Assembly (NCBI GenBank): GCA_048939995.1
Contig: JBHLOY010000002.1
Location: 192,001 to 256,000 of the forward strand
DNA from: Promethearchaeota archaeon
GTDB lineage: Archaea > Asgardarchaeota > Lokiarchaeia > Sigyniarchaeales > SOKP01
Direction of reading: 5' to 3'
Length of the DNA stretch: 64,000 nt
The notes under the pieces are model-generated. The model did no database searches. It worked only from the letters and a program-made list of their open reading frames with translations, and was not told the DNA's origin. This document shows positions 20,082 to 29,855 of the stretch, one piece after another. Within the stretch, counting starts at the first letter, position 1, and each line of letters begins with the position of its first letter. The translations under genes and the position numbers were made by a program.

Positions 20082-21344
20082 TTAGGGAAATAATCCTCTT
20101 AATTCATGAGATCTCGCCATATTTGAGATAGCTATCATATATGCTGCATTACGAAGTGAAGTATTTCTTTGTTTTGCTAAATTCCATACTTTCTCAAAAG
20201 CTTCTATCAAGAGAGTTTTCATCTCCCGATTTACTCTTTCTAAATTCCAAAAATATGCATGCATGCTCTGAATATATTCAAAATATGAAACTATCATAGA
20301 GCCACTATTAGCTAAGATGTCTGGGATAACTAATATACCCTTTTTATTTAGAACTTTATCAGCCTTGGAGGTTACTGGACCATCAGCTCCTTCAAGAATT
20401 ATCTTACAATTAATATCATTTACATTTTTGCTTGTAATTTGATTTTCAATTGCAGCTGGTATTAAAATATCGCATTCTATTTTAAAGATATCCATAAGAC
20501 CGATCTGATTAATTCCTGACTCCTTAAATGTTTTAAGCTGATTTCCATTTTGTTTCCATGTTATGATATCATATAAGTTTTTACCTAACCCCTTTTCAGA
20601 ATATAGTCCTCCTGTACTATCTGAGACTGCTAATATTCGGCATCCTTTTTCATAAAGAATTTGAGCTATTACACTCCCTACTTTACCAAAACCTTGAATA
20701 ACAATATTCAACTTATTTAAATCGTACTTAAGCTTTTCAGATAAAGATTGTAATATATAGTACATACCCGTTCCAGCTGCTTCATTACTCCCAACAGTTC
20801 CACCTATTTCGATTGGTTTCCCTACAGCCACACTCGGGACTGACCTTCCTTTTTGCATTGAATACACATCCATCATCCAAGCCATGGTTTCTTCATTTGT
20901 ATTTACATCAGGAGCAAGTATATCTATATCATGACCTATCATGTTTATTATTTCAGCAGTATATCTACGAGTAAGTTTTTCTAGTTCAGTCCTAGATAAC
21001 TTCTTATAAGCTACACGCACGCCTCCTTTAGATCCTCCTAACGGTATTCCTAATAATGCATTTCTGAATGTCATTAGAAACGCTAAAGCCTTTACATCAT
21101 CAAGCGTTAAATCAGCCAGATATCTCACCCCTCCTATCGCTGGACCACGGAGAGTTGAATGATGAACACGAAAACCTTCGAAAATTTTAAGAGAACCATC
21201 ATCCATTATAATAGGAATCGATACTATCAACGAACGTTCTACACGTTTAAGATATTCTATGGTATTAGGACTTAACTTAATCAAATTTGCAGCAATATTT
21301 AATTGCTTTTTTCTAGTTTCATAAGGATTTGGTCTTGGAAGCAT
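20082..21344 (-). CDS. Glu/Leu/Phe/Val dehydrogenase family protein with altered substrate-binding residues
   Basis: GGSKGG, APDVNT, QGFGKVG, IPAAIE, PDILAN; but GPAIGG and MTFRNA instead of GPxKGG and MTxKxA. Confidence 0.9.
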   Translation of the reverse strand: MLPRPNPYETRKKQLNIAANLIKLSPNTIEYLKRVERSLIVSIPIIMDDGSLKIFEGFRVHHSTLRGPAIGGVRYLADLTLDDVKALAFLMTFRNALLGIPLGGSKGGVRVAYKKLSRTELEKLTRRYTAEIINMIGHDIDILAPDVNTNEETMAWMMDVYSMQKGRSVPSVAVGKPIEIGGTVGSNEAAGTGMYYILQSLSEKLKYDLNKLNIVIQGFGKVGSVIAQILYEKGCRILAVSDSTGGLYSEKGLGKNLYDIITWKQNGNQLKTFKESGINQIGLMDIFKIECDILIPAAIENQITSKNVNDINCKIILEGADGPVTSKADKVLNKKGILVIPDILANSGSMIVSYFEYIQSMHAYFWNLERVNREMKTLLIEAFEKVWNLAKQRNTSLRNAAYMIAISNMARSHELRGLFP

Positions 21345-21354
21345 ACTTTTCCAC

Positions 21355-22389
21355 CTATAAATTAATAAGACTATATTCTACAAACTTAAGAGGCTCTATA
21401 GCACATCCACTTGAATCTAATCCTCCTAATTCACTTAATAATTTTTCATCGAGGGGATTATCATTGAGCCATAAATCCTTTAATTTTAATAATGACTCTA
21501 AACCTTTAATTCTAGTAATTTTATTATTACCTAAGTCCAATGTCTCAAGTTCTTGAAGTGTTTCTAACCCTTTTATATTAGATATATTATTTCCGGAAAG
21601 AAATAATTTGTTTAATTTAGGCAATGAATACAAACCCCCTATTTGATTAATACTATTCTCTTTTAAATTTAATACTTGTAGGTTTGTACAATTCTCTAAT
21701 CCTTTTATTTCTTTAATCTTATTTGACGTAATCCAAAATGTTTCTAATTCTGGTAAAGAGGCTAATCCTTTCAATTCTTGGATTTCATTTTCATTTAGAT
21801 ACAATTCTTTTAATTCAACTAGGTTCTCTAATCCTTCTATATTTGTGATTTTGTTTCCTGCAAGGTTTAATACTTTTAGCTTCTTTAGAGATTCCAGACC
21901 TTCTAATTTTTTGATTTGATTTCCCGCAATCCAGAGCACCTCCAGATTACGCAAAGAATCAAGTCCTTTTAACTTATTAATTGAATTCCACGATAAATCT
22001 AACTTCTGCAGAGAATTTAATTTATCTAGTCCTTTTATGTCCTTAATTTGATTTCCTCTAAGATACAGTTCCTTCAAATTAGTAAGGTTTTCTAATCCTT
22101 TTATTTCTTTAATCTGATTTGAAGCTAAATGCAGAATTTCTAATTGTTCTAATTTTTGTAACCCAGAAATTTCAAAAATACTATTACTTCCAAGGTTTAA
22201 AGTAGTTAGGGAAGTTAAATGGTCTATATTTTTAATCTCTTTCAAATCATTTGAGCTTAGTTCTAAGTGTTTTATATCTATACTTTCTAGTCCCTTAATT
22301 TCAGAGATATTTGTTATACCTAATAAACCTAAGTCAAGAAAATCGTCTTTAATTTCATATTTCTCGCCTTCGATTTCTACATAATTCAT
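21355..22389 (-). CDS. leucine-rich repeat protein (SDS22-like 22-aa repeats)
   Basis: About 13 repeats of LxxLxLxxNxIxxIxGLxxLxx. Confidence 0.93.
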   Translation of the reverse strand: MNYVEIEGEKYEIKDDFLDLGLLGITNISEIKGLESIDIKHLELSSNDLKEIKNIDHLTSLTTLNLGSNSIFEISGLQKLEQLEILHLASNQIKEIKGLENLTNLKELYLRGNQIKDIKGLDKLNSLQKLDLSWNSINKLKGLDSLRNLEVLWIAGNQIKKLEGLESLKKLKVLNLAGNKITNIEGLENLVELKELYLNENEIQELKGLASLPELETFWITSNKIKEIKGLENCTNLQVLNLKENSINQIGGLYSLPKLNKLFLSGNNISNIKGLETLQELETLDLGNNKITRIKGLESLLKLKDLWLNDNPLDEKLLSELGGLDSSGCAIEPLKFVEYSLINL

Positions 22390-22485
22390 AAAATTCCCAC
22401 AATATGAAGTTAAATTTTAATAAAAATAGAAGCTCTGAAAAATATATTAATTCAGATAAAATTTATAATTTTTTCTTTCCAAAAC

Positions 22486-23469
22486 TTAATTTGATTTTAT
22501 ATTATAATTAGAAAAGTAATATTCAATATCATCTTCCATATTCAATACTTCAGAGATTACCTCAGAAAACTCCTCTTGTGAAATTTTATTCACATCAATA
22601 AATTTCTTTGCTATATCATAATATTTTTTCTGAATTTCTGGGTTTGAAAAGTTTTTTAATTTTGAGCTGAAAGAATATAAATTAGAGTAAACTTCCTTAT
22701 ATTGACCATAAATTATAGATCTACCAGATAAGGTATCCAAAGTCGATTGCAATGACTCTTTTGCTTGAGCTAAATAATATGTTAAACGAAGTTTATTATC
22801 ATAAATTTCATCCTTTAATAATTTTGCATTTTTTTGATATTCAACTAGAGCTTGATCATCTTCCAGATCCTCACAGAACTTAATGATCTCTTGACAAATA
22901 GTTAACTTTTTTATGATATTATTTTCAAATTCAAATTCTTTTATCGCATTTTCTCTTTTTTTCTTTATTTCTTCTATTTCTTCTCGTAACTTTTCTGATA
23001 ATTTTCCTTTCTGCGTCCAAATAGATTTTAAAATATCCCCCTGTTTTTCAATTAATAACATAGGATCGATAATTTTTTTATAAGAGAGTATTAGATTATT
23101 GATCTCCTCATCAAAATTTTCATAAAGTGTTCGATCTATACTATCTTTTTGAAATAAAGTTTTATAGTTCAATATTATTTTAATTAGACCAGAAAATAAT
23201 TTTTCCACAATTTTGTAATCTTCTTTATCAGCAATAATAATAATATCAATCAAATATTCTGGTATCGTCGTTGCGTAAGCATTAATTTCTCCTAAACCTA
23301 TAGTTTTTATGTCTTGAGATTGTTCTGGTATTACACTTGATATAAAAGTTTTTAAGGCGATATAAAAAGAACCAAATAATTCCATTGGTCTATTGCTTTT
23401 AGTTTGAAAATCTTTTTCATATAAAAGAGCCCCAGATTTAGATTGATAAAGAAATAGAAAATAAAGCAT
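22486..23469 (-). CDS. protein with N-terminal longin-like domain and helical C-terminus
   Basis: LFLYQSKSGALLYEKDF...LFGSFYIALKTF resembles the longin-domain start typical of Asgard proteins. Confidence 0.6.
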   Translation of the reverse strand: MLYFLFLYQSKSGALLYEKDFQTKSNRPMELFGSFYIALKTFISSVIPEQSQDIKTIGLGEINAYATTIPEYLIDIIIIADKEDYKIVEKLFSGLIKIILNYKTLFQKDSIDRTLYENFDEEINNLILSYKKIIDPMLLIEKQGDILKSIWTQKGKLSEKLREEIEEIKKKRENAIKEFEFENNIIKKLTICQEIIKFCEDLEDDQALVEYQKNAKLLKDEIYDNKLRLTYYLAQAKESLQSTLDTLSGRSIIYGQYKEVYSNLYSFSSKLKNFSNPEIQKKYYDIAKKFIDVNKISQEEFSEVISEVLNMEDDIEYYFSNYNIKSN

Positions 23470-23636
23470 TATAGTCTCCAGTTTACAATATTAAATTCAT
23501 TAAAACTTAATTCACAAATATTCATATATCTATTGTTTTATTAAATTATAAATAAATTGCCCTAAATGTATTCTATTTTTATTATATAATTTTAAATTTT
23601 AAAACATCCAGAAAATTCTCTTTATATGATATTATA

Positions 23637-23747
23637 ATGCTAATTTGTCAAACTTGTGGTACAATAATTTTTGGAAGGAAGGAAGGACATTATTACTGTA
23701 ATAATTGTGAAAAAATTACATATCACTTATCGTTTAGGTTTAAGTGA
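23637..23747 (+). CDS. zinc-finger microprotein (36 aa)
   Basis: Hand translation MLICQTCGTIIFGRKEGHYYCNNCEKITYHLSFRFK*; not in the ORF track. Confidence 0.65.
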   Translation: MLICQTCGTIIFGRKEGHYYCNNCEKITYHLSFRFK

Positions 23748-23953
23748 TAATCTATCAGATGATCTAATAAAGATATTAAGTCAGAATGAAATTTATACTA
23801 AAACTTTAGGTATAAGTGGACAACCCTGTGAGGGTGACTTTTCTCATTTATTTATCATTTTATTATTTTAATTATTAAGAATAAATTCTTGACACAAACA
23901 ATCTATTTGTTATAAATAGAATCTTTTTAATTTCTATTCAATCAGGATTTAAT

Positions 23954-24106
23954 ATGAAAGTAGTAGCCTGTAAGGAATGCGGATTTTCAATTGAAAATAA
24001 AGAACCTGGGCTTTATTATTGTGAAAATTGCTCAAAAAAAAAGAAATTTTTTAAAGTTCAAGCTTTTTGTGGATCTAAACCAGATAATGAACTTTATCAC
24101 CATTAA
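23954..24106 (+). CDS. zinc-finger microprotein (50 aa)
   Basis: Hand translation MKVVACKECGFSIENKEPGLYYCENCSKKKKFFKVQAFCGSKPDNELYHH*; same Cys spacing as the 23637 ORF. Confidence 0.68.
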   Translation: MKVVACKECGFSIENKEPGLYYCENCSKKKKFFKVQAFCGSKPDNELYHH

Positions 24107-24274
24107 ATTTAATCAAAGCCTTGAAGTCCCAATTATTATATACTGGGAGTTCTCGGTATATGATTTCTAAACTTATTAGTCATAAACTATCATTTAAACA
24201 TTTCCCTCAAGGAAAGTGAGAAATTTAGATTTTGAAAAATAGTTAAATTTTAAAAAAACTTCTTTTCTCATAGT

Positions 24275-24982
24275 ATGACAGACTCTTTATACATGGATGA
24301 CTCATATCTAAAAAGTTGGGATGCTATTGTGACCAGTGTGAAAGATCATAAATATGTAGTGCTTGATAAAACTGCATTTTATCCAAAGGGAGGAGGTCAA
24401 CCTCATGATGAAGGATATATAATAAAAAATGGGGATAGATATAGGGTTATATATGTAGGTAAATTTTCTGGAGAAATCAGCCATGAAGTTGACAAACCAG
24501 GATTAAAAGCTGGAGATGAGGTACACTGTGAACTGGATTGGGAAAGAAGATATATTTTCATGCGATATCATACAGCTTCGCATTTAATCTCTAATATTCT
24601 TTATAATAGAGCTAATGCGAAAATTACTGGTAATCAAATTGAACTGGATAAAACTCGGATGGACTTCTCAATGGAAAATTATTCACCTGAGAAATTGCGA
24701 GATTTTGTTGATGAAGCTAACAAAATTATTAAGCAAGATTTGCCAATTACAATTGATTATATGTCACAAAAAGAGGTTTTAAGTAAACCTGAGCTTGCAC
24801 GATTAGCTATGGGGCTGCCTGAAAAAATTGAAGAATATCGAATCGTAAGGATTGGAAATATAGATGAACAAGTTGATGGAGGAACACATATTAGAAGTTT
24901 GGCTGAAATTGGTCAAATAGAAGTCATTAGAACCGTAAATAAAGGAAAAGATAATAGAAGAATTTACTTTATCCTTAAATAA
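24275..24982 (+). CDS. alaX: alanyl-tRNA editing protein AlaX-M
   Basis: TAFYPKGGGQPHD, MRYHTASHL, DGGTH. Confidence 0.92.
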   Translation: MTDSLYMDDSYLKSWDAIVTSVKDHKYVVLDKTAFYPKGGGQPHDEGYIIKNGDRYRVIYVGKFSGEISHEVDKPGLKAGDEVHCELDWERRYIFMRYHTASHLISNILYNRANAKITGNQIELDKTRMDFSMENYSPEKLRDFVDEANKIIKQDLPITIDYMSQKEVLSKPELARLAMGLPEKIEEYRIVRIGNIDEQVDGGTHIRSLAEIGQIEVIRTVNKGKDNRRIYFILK

Positions 24983-25156
24983 TTGACTAAGAATCTTATT
25001 TTAATCTGTAAGTTAGAGATTGATCAATTTTATAATACTTTAAAGAGATTTTTATTTTAATTCGTAATTTAGTTATCTTAGATGATCAAAAAACTTAATT
25101 ATGAATTAATCTGATTATTTTTTATCCAATAACATATCTTTTACTTTATAGTTAAA

Positions 25157-26944
25157 ATGGGTGTAAACCAGGACGAACCAAAGAAAAAAACTCCTAAAAA
25201 AGTAATTATATCATTAAGAAAACATCCAGTTATAGTGTATGGAATAATCGGTGTTCTGGCTGTAGCTGGTGTAGTTGGTGGCATCTATCTTTTTACTACT
25301 CCCAATGATTATCCTGACTTGATTATTGGTACAAATTATGGGATTATAGTATCTCTTGATCCCTTTGATAATAATACTCCAATGAATCATGATATTACAA
25401 GTCAAATTGCTGAAGGTTTATTTGATTATGCGACAGCAAGCGACAATTCTCAGCTTATTCATAATTTAGCTATAAGTCATACTTGGAGTAATGATTATTT
25501 AAACCTTACTTGTAATCTTAGGCAAGGCGTCAAATTCCATGACGGAACTGCTTTAAATGCTGCATCAGTTAAATGGAATTTTGATCGAATATGTAATCTT
25601 ATGGATCTTAATATGAGCACAAGTTTTGCTAATGATTTTTGGTTATTTCCAAAAGAAAAAAGACTGGAAAATGATGGAAAAAGAATTCTCAATGAAACGC
25701 AAATTATAAATGATTATACCATTCGTTTCATACTAAACAGTCCTTATACTCCATTTCTTGATTTATTAGCTTCTATATATGCATATATATATTCTCCAAC
25801 ATCTACTCCTTATGATGATTTTATTCCCTTGAGTGGACCAATAATTGGAACTGGTTCTTTCATTTATGAAGGTTATATAGAGAATGAAAAAATTATCTTA
25901 TCCTCAAATCCTTTCTATTGGAGAGGGCAACCTAAGATAAATAAATTAATTTTTCTAATCCTTAATAAGACCGCTCGCTATGAAGCTTTATTATCAAGGG
26001 ACATTTCAATGCTTTGTGGTTATAATCATCGATATGATGCAACATCTGATTCTATTTATTATGATGATTCCATTGATGTAGATTCATTTTTTAATCACCC
26101 TTCTGTTATAGTTCAAGAAGGACCACCTCTTTTCCAATTTACATATCTAATCATGAACAATGAATTGATCAATGTAACAATGAGAAAAGCAATTTCTTAT
26201 GCTCTTAATTATTCGTTAATAATCGATGAATTAATCAATGGACATGGAATAAGGGCGAAATCTCCAATCCCAGAGGGGATGCAATACTCAAACTTAACGG
26301 ATATTAACTATCCACACCATAATGTCTCCAAAGCAAGGCGTGTTTTGAAAGATGCAGGATGGCCTGGAACTTTTTCTTTATCTGCTAATAATAATGTTTC
26401 AGTTGGAAATGAGTGGGAAAATTTGGTTACAAATAATACTCCTCTAGAAACATATAATTTTACCTACACAGCTTCAGAAGGTTCCTTTTTATCACAGATT
26501 TTTTTTCCCTTACTAGCAGATGACCTTAAACAAATAGGAATTAAATTAGAACCAGCTATAATTACACGGGCTGAATGGCATGCAATCGTTCATGAAATAG
26601 GTGGTTATCATTTAAACATGATCAATTTTGCTTTATTAGATACTAACGGACCAAAATTCAATGATCCATCCACTATTATACAAGATTTATATTTAAGTGG
26701 AGGTTTTGACAATCTTGGTCAAGTTAACGACACTTTGGTCGAATCATGGATGGAACAGGTGTTAGGAGAACCTGATGAAAAATTAAGATCACAAATCTAT
26801 TATAATATTCAAAAACATCTAGTTGAAGAAGTTTTTCCATCTTGCTGTCTTTATCGGAAAAATTATTTAAGTATTTTCAGATCTAACCTAAGAGGATGGC
26901 AAGTCCACCAGTTTAAGTCAAATTATAAGGACATTTTTTTTTAA
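25157..26944 (+). CDS. family-5 (OppA/DppA-like) solute-binding protein, N-terminal TM anchor; copy 1
   Basis: LRQGVKFHDGT..NA..V.WN.DR, IGTG.F, NP.YW, MRKAISYA. Confidence 0.9.
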   Translation: MGVNQDEPKKKTPKKVIISLRKHPVIVYGIIGVLAVAGVVGGIYLFTTPNDYPDLIIGTNYGIIVSLDPFDNNTPMNHDITSQIAEGLFDYATASDNSQLIHNLAISHTWSNDYLNLTCNLRQGVKFHDGTALNAASVKWNFDRICNLMDLNMSTSFANDFWLFPKEKRLENDGKRILNETQIINDYTIRFILNSPYTPFLDLLASIYAYIYSPTSTPYDDFIPLSGPIIGTGSFIYEGYIENEKIILSSNPFYWRGQPKINKLIFLILNKTARYEALLSRDISMLCGYNHRYDATSDSIYYDDSIDVDSFFNHPSVIVQEGPPLFQFTYLIMNNELINVTMRKAISYALNYSLIIDELINGHGIRAKSPIPEGMQYSNLTDINYPHHNVSKARRVLKDAGWPGTFSLSANNNVSVGNEWENLVTNNTPLETYNFTYTASEGSFLSQIFFPLLADDLKQIGIKLEPAIITRAEWHAIVHEIGGYHLNMINFALLDTNGPKFNDPSTIIQDLYLSGGFDNLGQVNDTLVESWMEQVLGEPDEKLRSQIYYNIQKHLVEEVFPSCCLYRKNYLSIFRSNLRGWQVHQFKSNYKDIFF

Positions 26945-27949
26945 TTAATAATTATTTTTTAAATCTAATTCCAAAAAAAGTCCATTTGAATTATTAAATA
27001 AAAGATTGAAGTTACATTCAGTAAGATAATCATAAGATTTTAAATAATAAACATTTAGTACTGATGCCGGAGAATGATCAAATCCTTCAACCCCATCGAG
27101 AAGCCGAGGAAAACCAAGATCATTTGGATTGTAATATAATATAAAATATGCACCAACATCTAGGTCATCATCTTCATACTTAAAGTGAATATTTCCAATT
27201 TTATGGGAAATAATCCCTGAAATATTAGCTTTCATGTTATTATGTTGAAATATATCAATAAATATGTCACCCTCCCTAGTAGAAAGGAATAAAGAAATAT
27301 TTTGATTAAGTTGTAAGTTATAGGACTTAAAAAATAAATCTCCCTCATCTTGAATTATTCCTGTGATATTACCTTTTAAAATACAATATGAAAAATCAAA
27401 TTGAATATCACCTTTATAAAGATTAACTATTATATTCTCCACAGAAATGCCAAACGGAACGATTATCTGAGTATCTCCTTGAACTCTAACTCTAATATCT
27501 ATATCACAAATCACATTTGCACTGAGAAAAATTAAGATTTGAATGACTTCAAGCAAGGATAATACCTCTATTAGGCTTAATTCTGGCTTGATTCTCATTG
27601 TAAAATTTACATACTCACTTGTATTTTGCCAATTAAAATCAAAATAGTCTAAATATGATTTTCCTGCTAAGCCTGAACCAATCATTTCAATATTTATATC
27701 TAATTTCGCATAATAATTAACTGGATTTACAATGTATTCTATTTCAACATCTCCTATGTCAATATCAATATTTAGTTCTTCCATATTTGAGGAACTGCTA
27801 GGATTATAAAAATATTGTAAAGTTTTATTGATATTACCGGATGTCGCAAGATTTGTTGAGAGAATGACGATAGGTAAGGAAAAAATGATGCTGAAGCTAA
27901 ATATAATCCCTAAAATGATAACTCTAATAGATTTATTTCGCATCATCAA
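26945..27949 (-). CDS. membrane-anchored DUF4097-like surface protein
   Basis: N-terminal TM; ELNIDIDIGDVEIEY and GD/GN beta repeats; paralog of 31685, 42418 and 10214. Confidence 0.75.
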   Translation of the reverse strand: MMMRNKSIRVIILGIIFSFSIIFSLPIVILSTNLATSGNINKTLQYFYNPSSSSNMEELNIDIDIGDVEIEYIVNPVNYYAKLDINIEMIGSGLAGKSYLDYFDFNWQNTSEYVNFTMRIKPELSLIEVLSLLEVIQILIFLSANVICDIDIRVRVQGDTQIIVPFGISVENIIVNLYKGDIQFDFSYCILKGNITGIIQDEGDLFFKSYNLQLNQNISLFLSTREGDIFIDIFQHNNMKANISGIISHKIGNIHFKYEDDDLDVGAYFILYYNPNDLGFPRLLDGVEGFDHSPASVLNVYYLKSYDYLTECNFNLLFNNSNGLFLELDLKNNY

Positions 27950-28055
27950 TTCTTCACATTAATAGGGCAAAAAACTTAAATAAATAATCAATTAATGATA
28001 TAGGGAAGAATATTATTTAAATCAAATCTCTAGGTATTAATTAAGTCTAACAACA

Positions 28056-28080
28056 TTCGAATTTTGGGTGAAGTCTCGAA
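28056..28080 (+). promoter_or_regulatory. 25-bp palindromic operator, copy A
   Basis: ttcgaattttgggtgaagtctcgaa, followed by gtcaaatct. Confidence 0.7.
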
Positions 28081-28153
28081 GTCAAATCTTTGATTTTGCA
28101 TTAAAGGCTAGCTTTTCTATAAGAGATAACTAGCTGGTTTTGGGTGCAAAAAA

Positions 28154-28193
28154 TTCGGACTTTGTGTGAAGTTTCGAAGCTAATTCTAAAAAT
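28154..28193 (+). promoter_or_regulatory. operator copy B plus TCTAAAAAT box
   Basis: ttcggactttgtgtgaagtttcgaa-gctaat-tctaaaaat, upstream of 28296. Confidence 0.8.
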
Positions 28194-28295
28194 TAATTGG
28201 TAGGATAAATTCTAATTGGCACTAATTTAACTACTGAAATTGTTGCCTTAACCAATTTAAATAAAAAAACAATCACAGAAAAAAGGTTTAAAAAA

Positions 28296-29609
28296 ATGAA
28301 AATGAAAACAAAATCAGGTATACTTATTGGAATTTTTACAATAGCAATGATAATCGGAGTTTTTACTTTGATAATTGGACCAGTCCGCGCTGATTCACCT
28401 ACTTTTATAGTATTTCCATCAGGTGGAGATGATACCGCAAACATCCAAACAGCATTCAATGATGCTATTGCAGCAGGACCAGGAAGCATAGTTCAATTGA
28501 CTTCAGGACAATTTTACACGAACGCTATTTTTGTTGAAAATTTCTATGGTACGTTTAAGGGGGCAGGCAAGCACAGTACTAAAATTGATGTACTTAAAGG
28601 TTTGGATAATACATTAGAGGGAGTAGTTGGTCCTGGTGGACCTTATTTATTTACGTTTGTAGGAGGAGATGTACACATCTCGGATTTAACTTTTGATATT
28701 ACACCTTATATGCCTGCTGAACCATGGGAAGATCCAGAATACCCATCATACGATTTAATATCAATTATCTTACTAACTGGCGAAACTAATTCCCGAATCG
28801 AAAATGTCAAATATATTGGACATGAAGGTACACTAGTTAATCCATTAGGAATAGGCTTTAATGTTAGAGTAGGAGTTGAATATCACTTTGGAACGGGAAA
28901 ACACATTATTACTAAATGTGACTTTGATTCGATATGGGGGGCTATTTCAGCATATGGATTATCTAATGTTGAAATGAAAATTTCATCAAATACAATTAAA
29001 GGAGGTAACTTCGGAGTAATTAATATGGATAATATCAATTCAAAATTTGAGATTACTTATAATGAAATAGAGACAATGTTTATATATGGCATATGGGCAT
29101 GGCAAGCAGGAATTATAGTTCCACCTACCCCTTCCCAGTGGAAAATAACTCATAATACTATAAGAGTGTCAAATCTTGCGGATGGTATAGGTTTAATGGA
29201 TGATCTACCTGAGAAATCACTTGAAGCAGTTGTCTCCCATAATAAGATTACTTTAGATAATACAATGTGGGGAGGCATTTGGACAGCGGGGATGCGGGAT
29301 ACTTTTATCTCTAACAATATCATTCGCGGTACAGGAGACTATGGCATTGCATGTGCTTTTCCCGAAAACAACTTATTGCTTGGAAACAATGTCCAAAATG
29401 TGGATGCCTCATGGGCTCCCATTGTCTTGATTTATGCAAGCGAATGTGTAATAGTTGGAGGATCTACAAAAACAAATGTCCTGGATATTGCTGGTTCCAA
29501 TAATATCATAGTTGGGATGAATAATATACAAGGCAATTCACCAGGCCCAGAAATCCAAGAAGCAATGGAACAAAAGAGGGAACTTATTCATTTGTTCCCG
29601 AAATTTTAA
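28296..29609 (+). CDS. secreted right-handed beta-helix (pectin-lyase/NosD-like) protein
   Basis: Signal peptide ending VRA-D, GGDDTANIQTAF motif, repeated ISxNxI / HNxI / GI turns. Confidence 0.8.
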   Translation: MKMKTKSGILIGIFTIAMIIGVFTLIIGPVRADSPTFIVFPSGGDDTANIQTAFNDAIAAGPGSIVQLTSGQFYTNAIFVENFYGTFKGAGKHSTKIDVLKGLDNTLEGVVGPGGPYLFTFVGGDVHISDLTFDITPYMPAEPWEDPEYPSYDLISIILLTGETNSRIENVKYIGHEGTLVNPLGIGFNVRVGVEYHFGTGKHIITKCDFDSIWGAISAYGLSNVEMKISSNTIKGGNFGVINMDNINSKFEITYNEIETMFIYGIWAWQAGIIVPPTPSQWKITHNTIRVSNLADGIGLMDDLPEKSLEAVVSHNKITLDNTMWGGIWTAGMRDTFISNNIIRGTGDYGIACAFPENNLLLGNNVQNVDASWAPIVLIYASECVIVGGSTKTNVLDIAGSNNIIVGMNNIQGNSPGPEIQEAMEQKRELIHLFPKF

Positions 29610-29643
29610 CAAAACCTATTTCCTTTTCCATATATTTGTAATA

Positions 29644-29703
29644 AAATAGAAAATGGAGGATAAATAAAAGCTTAATCCTCCAATTCTATTTCTTTTTTTT
29701 TTT
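29644..29703 (+). terminator. conserved 3' hairpin plus T-tract, copy 1
   Basis: aaatagaa-aa-tggaggat...atcctcca-a-ttctattt followed by T11. Confidence 0.7.
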
Positions 29704-29855
29704 AATTAATCAGGCTATAATGAGGGGTTTTGGAAGTTTTAATCAATAGGCGATCAAAAGTTTTAATTACGAAACTATCTAATTATGATTTTATAAGAAT
29801 ATGAAATCTGATAGATCGATTTTATTACTTAAAAATAGATTAACTGAAAATTAAA

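Noticed and set aside
23671-23871. 66-aa ORF in the track
   Set aside because: Overlaps the better-supported zinc-finger microprotein in another frame; TTG start and no motif
24275-24982. AlaX zinc motif DGGTH instead of CGGTH
   Set aside because: As far as I recall, Asp variants occur in other archaeal AlaX proteins; not distinctive enough
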